From Chitinophagaceae bacterium UBA4407 (GTDB lineage Bacteria > Bacteroidota > Bacteroidia > Chitinophagales > Chitinophagaceae): 64,000 bases of DNA. Shown one piece after another: positions 19,025 to 29,557 of this stretch. Numbering within the stretch: the first letter of the stretch is position 1; each line of letters starts with the position of its first letter. The position numbers and the translations under genes were made by a program. A model generated the notes under the pieces. It was not told the DNA's origin and did not search any database. It saw nothing but the letters and a program-made list of their open reading frames with translations. The stretch is from contig DGQT01000050.1 of NCBI GenBank assembly GCA_002390845.1, positions 48,781 to 112,780 of the forward strand. Reading direction: 5' to 3'.

Positions 19025-22000
19025 TTGGCAGGCATCATCTTTCTGTTGGTGCTTGTTCTTATTTTAATACAAGTACCAGCCGTGCAAAATTTTGCAAAAA
19101 ATAAGGCGGTAAGTTATCTGCAGGATAAGATTAAAACCAAGGTGGAGATCGGTAAATTAAGTATTGATTTCCCTAAACAAATCGTACTTGAAAAGGTGTA
19201 TTTCGAAGACCAGCAAAAAGATACACTTCTGGCTGGTGAAAAAATAAGATTGGATATTTCTTTATTCAAATTGCTCAGCAACACTGTAGAAGTAAACTAC
19301 GTTTCACTTGATGGAATAAGGGCGAATATTTACAGGAAAGGAACAGATACTTCCTTCAATTTTGATTACATAATAAAAGCATTTGTATCAGAAGAAAAGA
19401 AGCAGGTGGTTAAGGATACCACCGCAGGTATGAAGTTTAAGATTGCCAAAATTGAACTGAATAAAATACTTGCTACCTATAAAGATGATGTTACCGGAAA
19501 TGATGTGTATTTCTACCTGGGAAAGTTTGAAACCAGGATAGATAAATTTGATCCGGAGCATGCTGAATATGCAATTCCTGCTATTTCCGTTGCAGATATA
19601 ACTGCACGCATAAAACAATATAAACCTTTGATCGAACCTAAAACACCCCTGCAGGTAGAAGCGGAAAGTAATAAACCTGTACAAACCAAACTTGATCTCG
19701 GTACACTGAATCTTAAAAATATAAATCTCAATTACACAAATGATATTTCTGTATTAAGCGCTCAATTAAATCTAGGAGAATTAATTACAGAGTTCGGCAA
19801 AATGGATCTTGCAAAACTTTTTATTCCATTGAAAAAATTACAACTCAATAATACTCTCTTAAAAGTTGTAATGGGCAAGTCTGCGGCTTCTGCAGTGGCT
19901 GCAAAAGAAATTGAAAAGCATGCTGCGGCACAAGCCAACAATCCATGGCAAATTGCTATGAACAATGTAAGCTTTAGTAATAATGAAATTCAATTTGATA
20001 ATAATAATAATAATCCTGTTGCAAAAACCGGGATGGATTACAGCCACCTGCACATAAAAGACTTAATGGTTAATGCAGACAGTCTAAACTTTACACCAGC
20101 TATTTATAAAGGAAATATTCAGCAAATTGCTTTTAATGAAAAGAGCGGGTTTAATTTACAAAAGCTTCAAACCAATTTCTTTTACAGCGATAAGGAAACC
20201 AAGCTGCAAAACCTTTTATTGCAAACCGATAAAACAGTTTTGCGGGATCATATTTTATTACAATATCCATCCATAAGTACAATTGCAGATAAACCCGGTG
20301 AAATTTTTATTGATGCCAATTTAAACCAGTGTAAACTCGCTGTAAAAGATATACTCACTTTTGCACCAATGCTTGCAGCAAATTTAAAAGGTAATGAGCA
20401 GGCAATATTTGCATTGAATGGAAGTGCGAAAGGGTTTGTAAAAGATATAGCGATTCCAAATTTCGAGTTAAGCGGTTTGGGCAGTACTGCGGTGCAGTTA
20501 GCTGGTAACATTAAAGGCTTACCCGATGCAAAGAATGCCTGGTACAATCTTCAGCTTACAAAATTTGTAACAACAAAAAAAGATATTGAAAACCTGGCTC
20601 CCAGGAATTCAATCCCTTCAACGATCCGGATACCTGAAAGGCTTTCAGCCAAAGGATTTTTCAAAGGCACTATGAAAGATTTGACAGCTAAACTAAGCAC
20701 ACAAACTACCAATGGCAATGCGGATATTACCGGTTCAATAAGCAATAGCGGTAAATCCTACACAGCAAAAATTTTATTAAATAAACTTGATCTTGGGTAT
20801 CTTTTAAAACAGGAAGATAATTTAGGCAAAATCAGTCTTGAAGCAAATGCAAATGGCAGTGGGTTCGACTATAAAACAATGACCGCAACTCTGCATGCAA
20901 AACTGCTTGAAGGCGAAATAAAAAAATACACCTATAAGAACTTATACCTTGATGCATCAGTTGCAAAAGGAAATGCTGTTGTTGAGTCTTCAATTAAAGA
21001 CCCATACATCAGTTACTTATTAAAAGCCACCGCTGATCTAAAGAATAAATACCCAGCTGTACAAATGAACCTACAGCTCGATACGCTTAACCTTTTAGCG
21101 CTTCATTTACTTGCAGACAGTTTGCAGCTAAGCGGTATTTTAAATGCTGATTTTGCCAATACCGATCCTGATGCATTGCAAGGCAATCTTAAAATTTATA
21201 ACCTGGCTTTGAATAGCAACAATAAGAATATTAGTACCGATACCATTACCCTGGTGGCAGCCAATTCAAAAGACTCAGGTGTACGCATAAACCTGCACGC
21301 AGAGATGGCTGATATAGACTTGAATGGAGATTATAAGCTTACAGAAGTAGCAAAGGCTTTGCAACATACCATTAACCGCTATTACAATATTCCAGGTTTT
21401 AAAGACACTTTATTTACAGCACAGCAATGGCAAATGAATGTGCATTTGCGGCCTTCTGCGGTAGTATTGCAATTAATGCCTGAATTAAAAGGGACCGATA
21501 CCATTGGAGCGAAAATCAGTTTCAACAGCGAACAAAATAATCTTGATCTTTCCATTACAGCGCCTAAAATTCAATATGGAGAACAGGCGATTGAACAATT
21601 AAGTGTAACTGCTTCTTCAGATGATAAGCAACTTAACTACAAACTGAATGTAAATAAAGCCGGTAGCAAAAGCGTTCAGTTATATAAGACTTCCTTAACG
21701 GGTAGTGTCGCCAATAATATATTAAACACATCCTTGCTGGTAAAAGATAAAAAGGAAACCAATCGTTACCAGTTTGCAGCTACGTTAAAACAGGTAAGCA
21801 GCGGAATTAGATTTGCACTTAAACCCGACAGTCTTTTGCTCGACTATGAAAAATGGCAGGTAAGCAACGATAACTTTCTGCAATACGATTCAACAGGTAT
21901 TATTGCGAACAACTTTCTTTTAAGTAATAAAGATCAATCTCTGCGCATCAATAGTGCCACAACATACACACAAGCTCCTTTAGAAGTGGCGTTCAAAAAT

Positions 22001-24007
22001 TTCAGTATTCATACACTTACTTCTTTTGCTGAGCAGGATTCTTTGTTTATGGATGGCATTATTGACGGCACCGCAATAGTAAAAAATGCAACTGCCAATC
22101 CGGTTTTTACTTCTGATCTCCATATCAAAAACTTTACGTATAAAAAAGATACTGTAGGTAATATTTCAGTAAAAGTTGACAACGAAACAGCCAATGCTTT
22201 TAATGCAAATGTAAAAATCGAAGGCAATGGAAACGATGTGCAGTTAGCCGGAAAATATTACACAGGCGAAAGTAAAATGGACCTTCAGTTAAATATTGGC
22301 AGTTTAAATCTTGCTACAGTAAAACCTTTTGCATCAACACAATTAAAGGATGCAGGTGGTAATTTAAAAGGTAATATCACTATTGCAGGAACCCTTGATA
22401 AACCCGCCGTAAACGGCAATGTTCATTTTGAAAATTCGTTTATTGTACCAACAGTTTTAGGCGAACGCTTTACACTTCCAAATGAAAAAATTGCAATAAG
22501 TTCTCAAGGAATCAACTTTAATAAATTTACGTTGGTAGATTCTGCCGGCAACAAAGCCATCATCAATGGTGATGTACTTACAACCGATTTTAAAAATTAT
22601 AAATTTGCTATTGATCTTAACGCCGATGATTTTAATCTCATTAATTCCACCCAGGCAGACAATTCATTGTTTTATGGCAAATTCAATACCGATGCAAGGA
22701 TAAAGCTGAGCGGTGATATGCAGGCACCTGTTGTTGATGCAAACATTAGGGTAAACAAATCCACCGCATTCACTTTAATACTGCCAACCGACAATCCTGA
22801 AGTTCAAGAACGGGAAGGTGTAGTAAATTTTATTGATATGGATGCACCGAAAGACACACTCCATAAAATTAATTTTACCGATACACTCATTAATACAGCC
22901 GCACTTGCAGGTATGAATTTATCTGCCATAATTGAAACAGATACCGCCGCACTGTTTACTTTGGTAATTGATGAGCGCACAGGCGATGCACTTAATTTAA
23001 AAGGCAAAGCAGATCTTGCAGCAGGAATTGATGAAAGCGGTAAACTAAGCCTTACCGGCAACTACGAAATTGAAAAAGGTTCTTACCAGTTGTCCTTTAA
23101 TTTTTTAAAAAGAAAATTCGATATACAGAAAGGAAGCGTGATTACCTGGACAGGAGACCCTACTTCTGCAACCGTTGATATAGCTGCATTGTACGAGGTA
23201 AAGGCACCACCTATTGATCTGGTAGAAGCGCAACTCTCCACAGCAGACTTAATCAGGTACAAGCAACGCATTCCCATTCAGGTGTTCCTTAAAATGAAAG
23301 GGGAATTATTAAAACCGCAAATAACATTTGATATCGTTTTACCCGCCAGTGAAGTATCGCAATGGCCGGTAGTTGATGGCAGATTAACGCAATTGCGTAC
23401 CGATGAATCTGAATTAAACAAGCAGGTTTTTGCATTGCTTTTACTCAACCGTTTTGTAGGAGAAGATATTACAAAAAGCGCCGCAGGCAGTACCACTACA
23501 GCCACCCTGGTAAGGCAAAGTGTTAGCAGCATCCTTGCCGATCAACTGAATAAAATTGCCGGCAGTTTAATAAAAGGTGTTGATATAAATTTTGGCATCA
23601 ATTCGGAAGATGATTATACAACAGGGGCTCAGCAAACACGCACCGATCTTACCGTTGGAGTGTCAAAATCCCTGCTGAACGACCGCATTAAAGTTAGTGT
23701 TGGCAGCAACTTTGCATTAGAAGGTACAACCAATACAAACCAGGCCGCATCTACCATTGCAGGCGATGTGTCGGTTGATTACCAGGTAAGTAAAGATGGC
23801 CGCTACATGCTGCGTGCTTACCGTAAAAATAATTACGAAGGTGTAATAGAAGGCCAGGTAATTGAAACAGGTTTAACCTTCATTTTTACATTGGAATACG
23901 ATCAGTTAAAAGAATTGTTTAAAAAGAAAGACCAGGCTTTAAAAGAAGACAGGAAAAAAGAAAAGCAGGAACATAAGCAAGAGAAACAGGCAAGTGAAAA
24001 TAATTAG
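19025..24007 (+). CDS. tamB: translocation and assembly module protein TamB (AsmA-like, C-terminal DUF490)
   Basis: 1660 aa with an N-terminal TM anchor, long beta-rich repeats, and a C-terminal TamB-type domain (..DLTVGVSKSLLNDRIKVSVGSNF..MLRAYRKNNYEG). An Omp85 gene follows. The start is uncertain: TTG at 19025, and the frame is open from 18950. Confidence 0.85.
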   Translation: MAGIIFLLVLVLILIQVPAVQNFAKNKAVSYLQDKIKTKVEIGKLSIDFPKQIVLEKVYFEDQQKDTLLAGEKIRLDISLFKLLSNTVEVNYVSLDGIRANIYRKGTDTSFNFDYIIKAFVSEEKKQVVKDTTAGMKFKIAKIELNKILATYKDDVTGNDVYFYLGKFETRIDKFDPEHAEYAIPAISVADITARIKQYKPLIEPKTPLQVEAESNKPVQTKLDLGTLNLKNINLNYTNDISVLSAQLNLGELITEFGKMDLAKLFIPLKKLQLNNTLLKVVMGKSAASAVAAKEIEKHAAAQANNPWQIAMNNVSFSNNEIQFDNNNNNPVAKTGMDYSHLHIKDLMVNADSLNFTPAIYKGNIQQIAFNEKSGFNLQKLQTNFFYSDKETKLQNLLLQTDKTVLRDHILLQYPSISTIADKPGEIFIDANLNQCKLAVKDILTFAPMLAANLKGNEQAIFALNGSAKGFVKDIAIPNFELSGLGSTAVQLAGNIKGLPDAKNAWYNLQLTKFVTTKKDIENLAPRNSIPSTIRIPERLSAKGFFKGTMKDLTAKLSTQTTNGNADITGSISNSGKSYTAKILLNKLDLGYLLKQEDNLGKISLEANANGSGFDYKTMTATLHAKLLEGEIKKYTYKNLYLDASVAKGNAVVESSIKDPYISYLLKATADLKNKYPAVQMNLQLDTLNLLALHLLADSLQLSGILNADFANTDPDALQGNLKIYNLALNSNNKNISTDTITLVAANSKDSGVRINLHAEMADIDLNGDYKLTEVAKALQHTINRYYNIPGFKDTLFTAQQWQMNVHLRPSAVVLQLMPELKGTDTIGAKISFNSEQNNLDLSITAPKIQYGEQAIEQLSVTASSDDKQLNYKLNVNKAGSKSVQLYKTSLTGSVANNILNTSLLVKDKKETNRYQFAATLKQVSSGIRFALKPDSLLLDYEKWQVSNDNFLQYDSTGIIANNFLLSNKDQSLRINSATTYTQAPLEVAFKNFSIHTLTSFAEQDSLFMDGIIDGTAIVKNATANPVFTSDLHIKNFTYKKDTVGNISVKVDNETANAFNANVKIEGNGNDVQLAGKYYTGESKMDLQLNIGSLNLATVKPFASTQLKDAGGNLKGNITIAGTLDKPAVNGNVHFENSFIVPTVLGERFTLPNEKIAISSQGINFNKFTLVDSAGNKAIINGDVLTTDFKNYKFAIDLNADDFNLINSTQADNSLFYGKFNTDARIKLSGDMQAPVVDANIRVNKSTAFTLILPTDNPEVQEREGVVNFIDMDAPKDTLHKINFTDTLINTAALAGMNLSAIIETDTAALFTLVIDERTGDALNLKGKADLAAGIDESGKLSLTGNYEIEKGSYQLSFNFLKRKFDIQKGSVITWTGDPTSATVDIAALYEVKAPPIDLVEAQLSTADLIRYKQRIPIQVFLKMKGELLKPQITFDIVLPASEVSQWPVVDGRLTQLRTDESELNKQVFALLLLNRFVGEDITKSAAGSTTTATLVRQSVSSILADQLNKIAGSLIKGVDINFGINSEDDYTTGAQQTRTDLTVGVSKSLLNDRIKVSVGSNFALEGTTNTNQAASTIAGDVSVDYQVSKDGRYMLRAYRKNNYEGVIEGQVIETGLTFIFTLEYDQLKELFKKKDQALKEDRKKEKQEHKQEKQASENN

Positions 24008-24012
24008 GAATT

Positions 24013-24282
24013 TTTTGGGCCGGGCAGTAGAACATGAATGAAGCTGCTGTTGCGTCGCACACTTGTATGTTCGGATTATAATTGAGCAACGCGAAGTAAT
24101 CAAAACAACGTGCGTCATTTCGAAGGAGGTACGACTGAGAAATCTCATACTCGTTGCAACAGATTTCTCAATACGTTCGAAATGACGCACAGGATGCTAA
24201 ATGATGCCATGGATTCCGAACGTACACGAGTGCGACGCAAGGAACGATGAAAAAAGAACCAATGCATGGCTCAAAATAAAAA
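24013..24282. mobile_element. compact CPIR doublet between tamB and the TamL-like gene
   Basis: L core lies at 24050-24060 and R core at 24230-24240. The centre has a perfect 15-bp inverted repeat, GTGCGTCATTTCGAA / TTCGAAATGACGCAC, enclosing GAGAAATCT / AGATTTCTC. Confidence 0.85.
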
Positions 24283-24297
24283 TTATTAAATTAAGGA

Positions 24298-26601
24298 ATG
24301 AATTGGATTAAACACATAGCTGGCCTTCTACTGATCTTATTTGCATGCTCCTGCAATGTAACCAAACATATACCCGAAAACGACGCATTATACGACGGAT
24401 CAACCATTAAAATAAAACCGGTAAACGACAGTATAAAGTTCGATTCAAAAGCAATTAAAGAAGAGCTGGATGCATTGCTGCGGCCCAAACCCAATGCATC
24501 TTTCCTTGGAATAAAATATAAGTTGGCCATCTACAACCTGGCGGGCACACCAAAAGGCAAAGGGTTGCGTTACTGGTTAAAAACAAAAGTAGGAGAACCG
24601 CCTGTACTCGGCAGCAGCGTGAACCTTGAAAAGAACCGGCAGATACTGGAGAACAGGGTTGAGAACAGGGGCTATTTTCGCAGCACTGTAACAGTTGATA
24701 CAACTATAAAAAAGAAAGAATTAAAAGTTACTTACACAGCCAGTTTAAACCCACAATACAAAATACGTAACTTAACTTATGTTATCGATTCAACGCCATT
24801 GGGCAGGCAGTTGCGAAACCTCTCGAAATTTTCTTTTTTAAAACCGGGTAATCCTTATGACCTCGACGTAATTAAAGCAGAAAGGGAAAGAAACGACGGG
24901 CGTTTAAAAGAGCGTGGCTTCTATTTTTTTAACCCTGATTTTTTAATCATAGATGTTGATTCAACCGTAGGCAACCACCAGGTTGACATGTATGTAAAAA
25001 TAAAAAAGGAAACACCTGATAAAGCGGAACATATTTACCGCATCAATGATGTAATTGTTTACGCAGACTACAACCTGGTTAACGATACTGCGGCTATTTC
25101 AGCAAAAGAGCAGGCAGTTAAATACGACTACTATTACATCTATGATCCGGATAAAAAATTCAATCCCAAAGTATTCAGCAGAACGTTGGTGTTTAAACCC
25201 GGTGATCCTTATAACAGAACAGCGCACAACCTTTCTTTAAACAGGCTGGTAAGCCTTGGGGTTTATAAATTTGTAAGGGCCCGGTTTCAGGAAACAGATA
25301 CAACAAAAGTTCCCACACTTAATGCATTTTACTATTTAACTCCTGCGCCCAAAAAATCATTGCGGCTGGAGTTATCGGGGCTTACAAAATCGAACAACTC
25401 TACCGGTACGGAGCTTTCACTAACCTGGCGCAACCGGAATTTTTTAAAAGGCGCAGAACTCTTTTCTGCAAAGGTTTTTGGCGGCCTGGAAAAGCAGGTA
25501 TCTGCACAACAGCCTGCTATTAATACTAACCGTTTAGGCGTTGAATTTAATTTGCTGGTTCCGCGTATTATTGCGCCGGTACGCTTTAATACCAACAGTA
25601 ATTTTGTACCGCAAACAAAGGCTACAATTGGCTACGAATTGTTTCAACGAAACACACAGTATACGCTCACTTCTGCAAAAGCGAGCTTTGGATATATATG
25701 GAAACAAGATGTACGCAAAGAACACCAGCTTGATATTATTTCTCTCAACTACGTCCAGCCAACATCTGTTACAGCAAGTTTCCAGGATTCACTTGATCAT
25801 AATATTACATTGGCCCGTAGTATTGAAAAGCAATTCATCATCGGCTCAAATTATAATTTCAATTACAACTCGCAGGCAAGGCCCAACATTAAAAAGAATA
25901 ATTTTTATTTCAATGGCAACCTCGATCTGTCAGGAAATATTTACGGGCTGTTATCTGGTGCCAATGTAGAGAGCGGTAATCAAAAAGGGATTTTTGGTAC
26001 AGCATTTTCACAGTACATCCGCACCGAAATTGATTTCCGCCATTATCTTAAAACGGGTAAAAAAAGTATGCTCGCAAGCCGTGCTCTTGCAGGTATTGGA
26101 TATGCCTATGGCAACAGCGCAACACTCCCTTTTATAAAAGCATTTTTTGCCGGAGGAACCAACGATATCAGGGCTTTCAGGGCAAGGTCGCTTGGCCCGG
26201 GAAGTTATTATGCAGGCAATGCAGCGGTAGTTGGTTTTCTGCCAGATCAGCCCGGCGATGTAAAGCTCGAACTCAACACAGAATTCCGCACAAAACTATT
26301 CTCTGTTTTCTACGGTGCCGTTTTTGTTGATGCAGGAAATATATGGTCGCTGAAAGAGAACCCGCAAACACCGGACGGTAAATTCACCAGTAAATTTTTA
26401 AACGATTTTGCAGTGGGTACCGGCGCAGGTTTGCGCATCGATATAAGCTTTTTCGTACTGCGTTTAGATGTTGCGTTCCCCATACGCAAACCTTATATAA
26501 TCGAAGGGTCAAAATGGGTTTTACAAGATGTAAGTTTCGGCAGCAGCGACTGGCGTAAACAAAACCTGGTGTACAATCTTGCTATTGGTTATCCTTTCTA
26601 A
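24298..26601 (+). CDS. BamA/TamA-family (Omp85) outer-membrane protein with lipoprotein signal (TamL-like)
   Basis: Lipobox LFACSC, a POTRA-like N-terminal region, and a C-terminal bacterial surface-antigen barrel ending ..YNLAIGYPF. Confidence 0.85.
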   Translation: MNWIKHIAGLLLILFACSCNVTKHIPENDALYDGSTIKIKPVNDSIKFDSKAIKEELDALLRPKPNASFLGIKYKLAIYNLAGTPKGKGLRYWLKTKVGEPPVLGSSVNLEKNRQILENRVENRGYFRSTVTVDTTIKKKELKVTYTASLNPQYKIRNLTYVIDSTPLGRQLRNLSKFSFLKPGNPYDLDVIKAERERNDGRLKERGFYFFNPDFLIIDVDSTVGNHQVDMYVKIKKETPDKAEHIYRINDVIVYADYNLVNDTAAISAKEQAVKYDYYYIYDPDKKFNPKVFSRTLVFKPGDPYNRTAHNLSLNRLVSLGVYKFVRARFQETDTTKVPTLNAFYYLTPAPKKSLRLELSGLTKSNNSTGTELSLTWRNRNFLKGAELFSAKVFGGLEKQVSAQQPAINTNRLGVEFNLLVPRIIAPVRFNTNSNFVPQTKATIGYELFQRNTQYTLTSAKASFGYIWKQDVRKEHQLDIISLNYVQPTSVTASFQDSLDHNITLARSIEKQFIIGSNYNFNYNSQARPNIKKNNFYFNGNLDLSGNIYGLLSGANVESGNQKGIFGTAFSQYIRTEIDFRHYLKTGKKSMLASRALAGIGYAYGNSATLPFIKAFFAGGTNDIRAFRARSLGPGSYYAGNAAVVGFLPDQPGDVKLELNTEFRTKLFSVFYGAVFVDAGNIWSLKENPQTPDGKFTSKFLNDFAVGTGAGLRIDISFFVLRLDVAFPIRKPYIIEGSKWVLQDVSFGSSDWRKQNLVYNLAIGYPF

Positions 26602-26627
26602 ATTAAAAGACCTGAGCGGAGCCGAAG

Positions 26628-26700
26628 GATTAGCCGGGCATTGGTAATGCAATGAAGCTTCTGTTGTGTCACTCACTTGTGCGTTCGGATTATTACTGAA
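26628..26700 (-). repeat. CPIR variant-core copy, L orientation
   Basis: TTAGCCGGGCATTGGTAATGCAATGAAGCTTCTG, then the variant core TTGTGTCACTCAC at 26664-26676, then the inner arm CTTGTGCGTTCGGATTATTACTGAA. Confidence 0.8.
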
Positions 26701-26808
26701 CTTTTACCGAAGCGAAAATTGGAGCGGATGTTTTAAGCGAAGGAAAGAAAAGCCGCAAGGTATTATCCCGCAGATGTAGGTTAAATACTTTTGTAATCTT
26801 AAAGTATT

Positions 26809-27795
26809 TTACACAATCAACGCCGCGCATTCACTCAACAGTTTTTCTTTATTTACTGCAACGGTGCCTACTTCCTCGCAAACAAGCCCGCCTGCAAGGT
26901 TGGCAATCTGCGCCGCAAGGGTAATATCTTTTGTAGCAGCATAAACGAGTGAAGCAACAGCAATTACTGTATCGCCTGCCCCGCTTACATCGGCAATACT
27001 GCGCATGTGCGATGGGATGATCTTTGCAAAGTTGCCTTTTTGAATATACACACCTTTCTCAGAGAGCGTAATCAATGAAATGCGGTGCTGTAATATTTGA
27101 TGTAACTCCTGGTGAATGTTTTTGAGTGATTGTTCGGTTACTTCATCGAAGAGCATGTTGAGGCCTTCTTTTACCTCTTTAAGATTTGGCTTAAAAATAT
27201 CAACCCCGGTGTAAGAGAAGAAATTTTTACGCTTGGGGTCAACGGTTGTAACAATATTATGTTCTTTGCAATAAGCAATCATTTTTTTAATAAGGGTTTC
27301 GGTAAGTACACCTTTATTATAGTCTTCAAAGATTACCAATGCGGGTTGGTAGCGTTTTGCAAAAGAAGTAAAATTGTTGAAAAGTAATTGTTCATCATCT
27401 TCCGAAATATTATCGGTTACTTCGGAATCGAGGCGCATCATTTGCTGGTTGCGGCTGATGATGCGGATCTTATTGGTTGTAATACGTTCACTGCTTTTAA
27501 TGATATACTTTGTATCAATATGTTCTGCCTGTAGTAAACCCATCAGTATTTCAGCATCATCATCATCGCCGGTTACAGAAAACAAGGTGGTTTCTGCACC
27601 AAGCGAAACGGTATTCAATGCTACATTACCTGCACCGCCAATACGTTGCTCCCTTTTATGCATGGCCACTACCGGAACAGGCGCTTCTGGTGAAATACGT
27701 TCTACCCTGCCCCACCAGTAAGTATCGAGCATTACATCGCCTATTACGGCAACTTTGATGTTAGAAAAATCGTTAAACAGCTTCGCGAAATCCAT
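26809..27795 (-). CDS. PfkB-family sugar kinase, RfaE domain-I-like (heptose-7-phosphate kinase type)
   Basis: VAVIGDVMLDTYWWG..ISPEAPVPV..GGAGNVA and C-terminal SGAGDTVIA motifs. Confidence 0.8.
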   Translation of the reverse strand: MDFAKLFNDFSNIKVAVIGDVMLDTYWWGRVERISPEAPVPVVAMHKREQRIGGAGNVALNTVSLGAETTLFSVTGDDDDAEILMGLLQAEHIDTKYIIKSSERITTNKIRIISRNQQMMRLDSEVTDNISEDDEQLLFNNFTSFAKRYQPALVIFEDYNKGVLTETLIKKMIAYCKEHNIVTTVDPKRKNFFSYTGVDIFKPNLKEVKEGLNMLFDEVTEQSLKNIHQELHQILQHRISLITLSEKGVYIQKGNFAKIIPSHMRSIADVSGAGDTVIAVASLVYAATKDITLAAQIANLAGGLVCEEVGTVAVNKEKLLSECAALIV

Positions 27796-27864
27796 AACAA
27801 TGATTTTATATGCCGGGCACTTTCATAAAAATGCCCGGCTGTTGAAAGCTTAGTAAAGTTAATA

Positions 27865-28012
27865 CTGTACAAGTGTGCGATCCCGAAATAAATTCGGTCC
27901 CGAAATACTTCGGGATGCCACGCTTCGCTTAAATGTCGCCATGAAAGAGGAACCGTGAAACGAGCGTGGCAAGGAACGCTTAATTGAAATTATTAAGCCC
28001 GGCTCAAAAAAA
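27865..28012 (+). repeat. CPIR long form, R orientation
   Basis: Full-length copy. Hairpins CCGAA/TTCGG and CCCGAA/TTCGGG are followed by GCCACGCTTCGCTTAAATGTCGCCATGAAA..GAGCGTGGCAAG, and AAGCCCGGCTCAAAAAAA ends at the permease stop. Confidence 0.88.
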
Positions 28013-29449
28013 TTACACCTTCCTGTTTGCCACTGCAATATAATACAACGGAATGCCAGCAAGTGTTATAAGCAAACCTGGCCATGTATAACCGCTTTTA
28101 AAAAATATAAGCAACACGCAAAATGATACGCCCATTAAAATATAAATGGCGGGCAGCACGGGATACCCGAATGCTTTATATGGCCTTTCGGCATCGGGCA
28201 TTTTTTTGCGCAGAATAAAAATACCCGCAATGGTGAGTACATAAAAAATTACAACGACAAAGGAAACCATATCGAGCAGATCGCCATACTTGCCGCTTAA
28301 GCATAAAATGGAAGCTACCAGGCATTGCGCCCATAAAGACCATGCAGGCACTGCATTTTTATTTAATGTTCCGGCATTTTTAAAGAACACGCCATCTTTT
28401 GCCATGGTATAATAAACCCTTGCCCCGGCGATGATCAACCCGTTGTTGCAGCCAAATGTAGAGACCATGATGAGTACCGCAATTACGTAAGTGCCCACGC
28501 TGCCGAAAATATTATTGGCGGCGGCAACTGCTACCCGGTTTTGCGGCGCATAAGCTATTTCGCTTACAGGCAGCACAGACAAATACATGAGGTTGCAGCT
28601 AATATAAATTACAGTAACAATCAACGTTCCGAGGAAAAGGCTTAAGCCGATATTTTTCTTGGGGTTTTTTATTTCGCCTGCAATAAAAGTTACATTGTTC
28701 CATGCATCGCTGCTGAAGATGGAGCCTACCATTGCACTGGCCATTGCACCCAGCATGGCAACACCCATTACAGGTTGCCAGGAAATAATATCTGTACCAT
28801 TGGGTGTGGTTTGTTTGGTGGCTTTCATCATGCTCCATGCATCGCTCCAGTTAAGGCTCCATATTTCTGATTTGGCAGCAAAAAAACCGAAAATAATCAA
28901 GCCGAATAATGCCAGTAGTTTGGTAGAAGTAAAAATATTCTGTATCCATTTACCACCTTTTAATCCTTTGGTATTGGTATAGGTTAGAAACACAAGAAGT
29001 AAAATGGAAACCAACTGTGCGGGGTAAACTTTGAATGAGCCCAGCGCAAAAATGATATTCTCATCTTTTAGCTCAAGAACCGGGAAAAAATATCCGGCAA
29101 ACTTGCTGAAAGCCACCCCCACAGCAGCCATGGTACCGGTTTGAATAACGGCGAAAAAACTCCAGCCATATAAAAAAGCAATCAGTGGATTGTATGCTTC
29201 TTTAAGATAAACATATTGTCCGCCAGCTTTAGGAAACATGGCGCTGAGTTCACCATAACTTAATGCAGCGGTTAAGGTCATAAAACCTGTGAGGCCCCAT
29301 GCAAGTATCAGCCAGCCTGCAGAGCCGAGGTCTTTAAGCATATCGGCGCTTACAATAAAAATACCCGAGCCGATCATGCTGCCGGCAACAATCATGGTTG
29401 CATCTAAAAGTCCGAGCGATGGTTTAAATGACGATGAGGTTTCTTGCAT
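28013..29449 (-). CDS. APC-superfamily amino-acid permease
   Basis: 478 aa with about 12 TM segments and an N-terminal GSGIF motif. Confidence 0.88.
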   Translation of the reverse strand: MQETSSSFKPSLGLLDATMIVAGSMIGSGIFIVSADMLKDLGSAGWLILAWGLTGFMTLTAALSYGELSAMFPKAGGQYVYLKEAYNPLIAFLYGWSFFAVIQTGTMAAVGVAFSKFAGYFFPVLELKDENIIFALGSFKVYPAQLVSILLLVFLTYTNTKGLKGGKWIQNIFTSTKLLALFGLIIFGFFAAKSEIWSLNWSDAWSMMKATKQTTPNGTDIISWQPVMGVAMLGAMASAMVGSIFSSDAWNNVTFIAGEIKNPKKNIGLSLFLGTLIVTVIYISCNLMYLSVLPVSEIAYAPQNRVAVAAANNIFGSVGTYVIAVLIMVSTFGCNNGLIIAGARVYYTMAKDGVFFKNAGTLNKNAVPAWSLWAQCLVASILCLSGKYGDLLDMVSFVVVIFYVLTIAGIFILRKKMPDAERPYKAFGYPVLPAIYILMGVSFCVLLIFFKSGYTWPGLLITLAGIPLYYIAVANRKV

Positions 29450-29498
29450 AATGCTGGTTTGTTTAAAAGTCTTATGCCCTGTTTACAATTTATTGAGG

Positions 29499-29533
29499 CT
29501 AAAAAAACCCCGTTGTTTTTACAACGGGGTTTG
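29499..29533 (-). terminator. rho-independent terminator after the OmpH gene
   Basis: On the minus strand, AAACCCCGTTGT-AAAA-ACAACGGGGTTT is followed by TTTTT. Confidence 0.75.
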
Positions 29534-29557
29534 AAGATATAAAAATATGTTTGAAGT

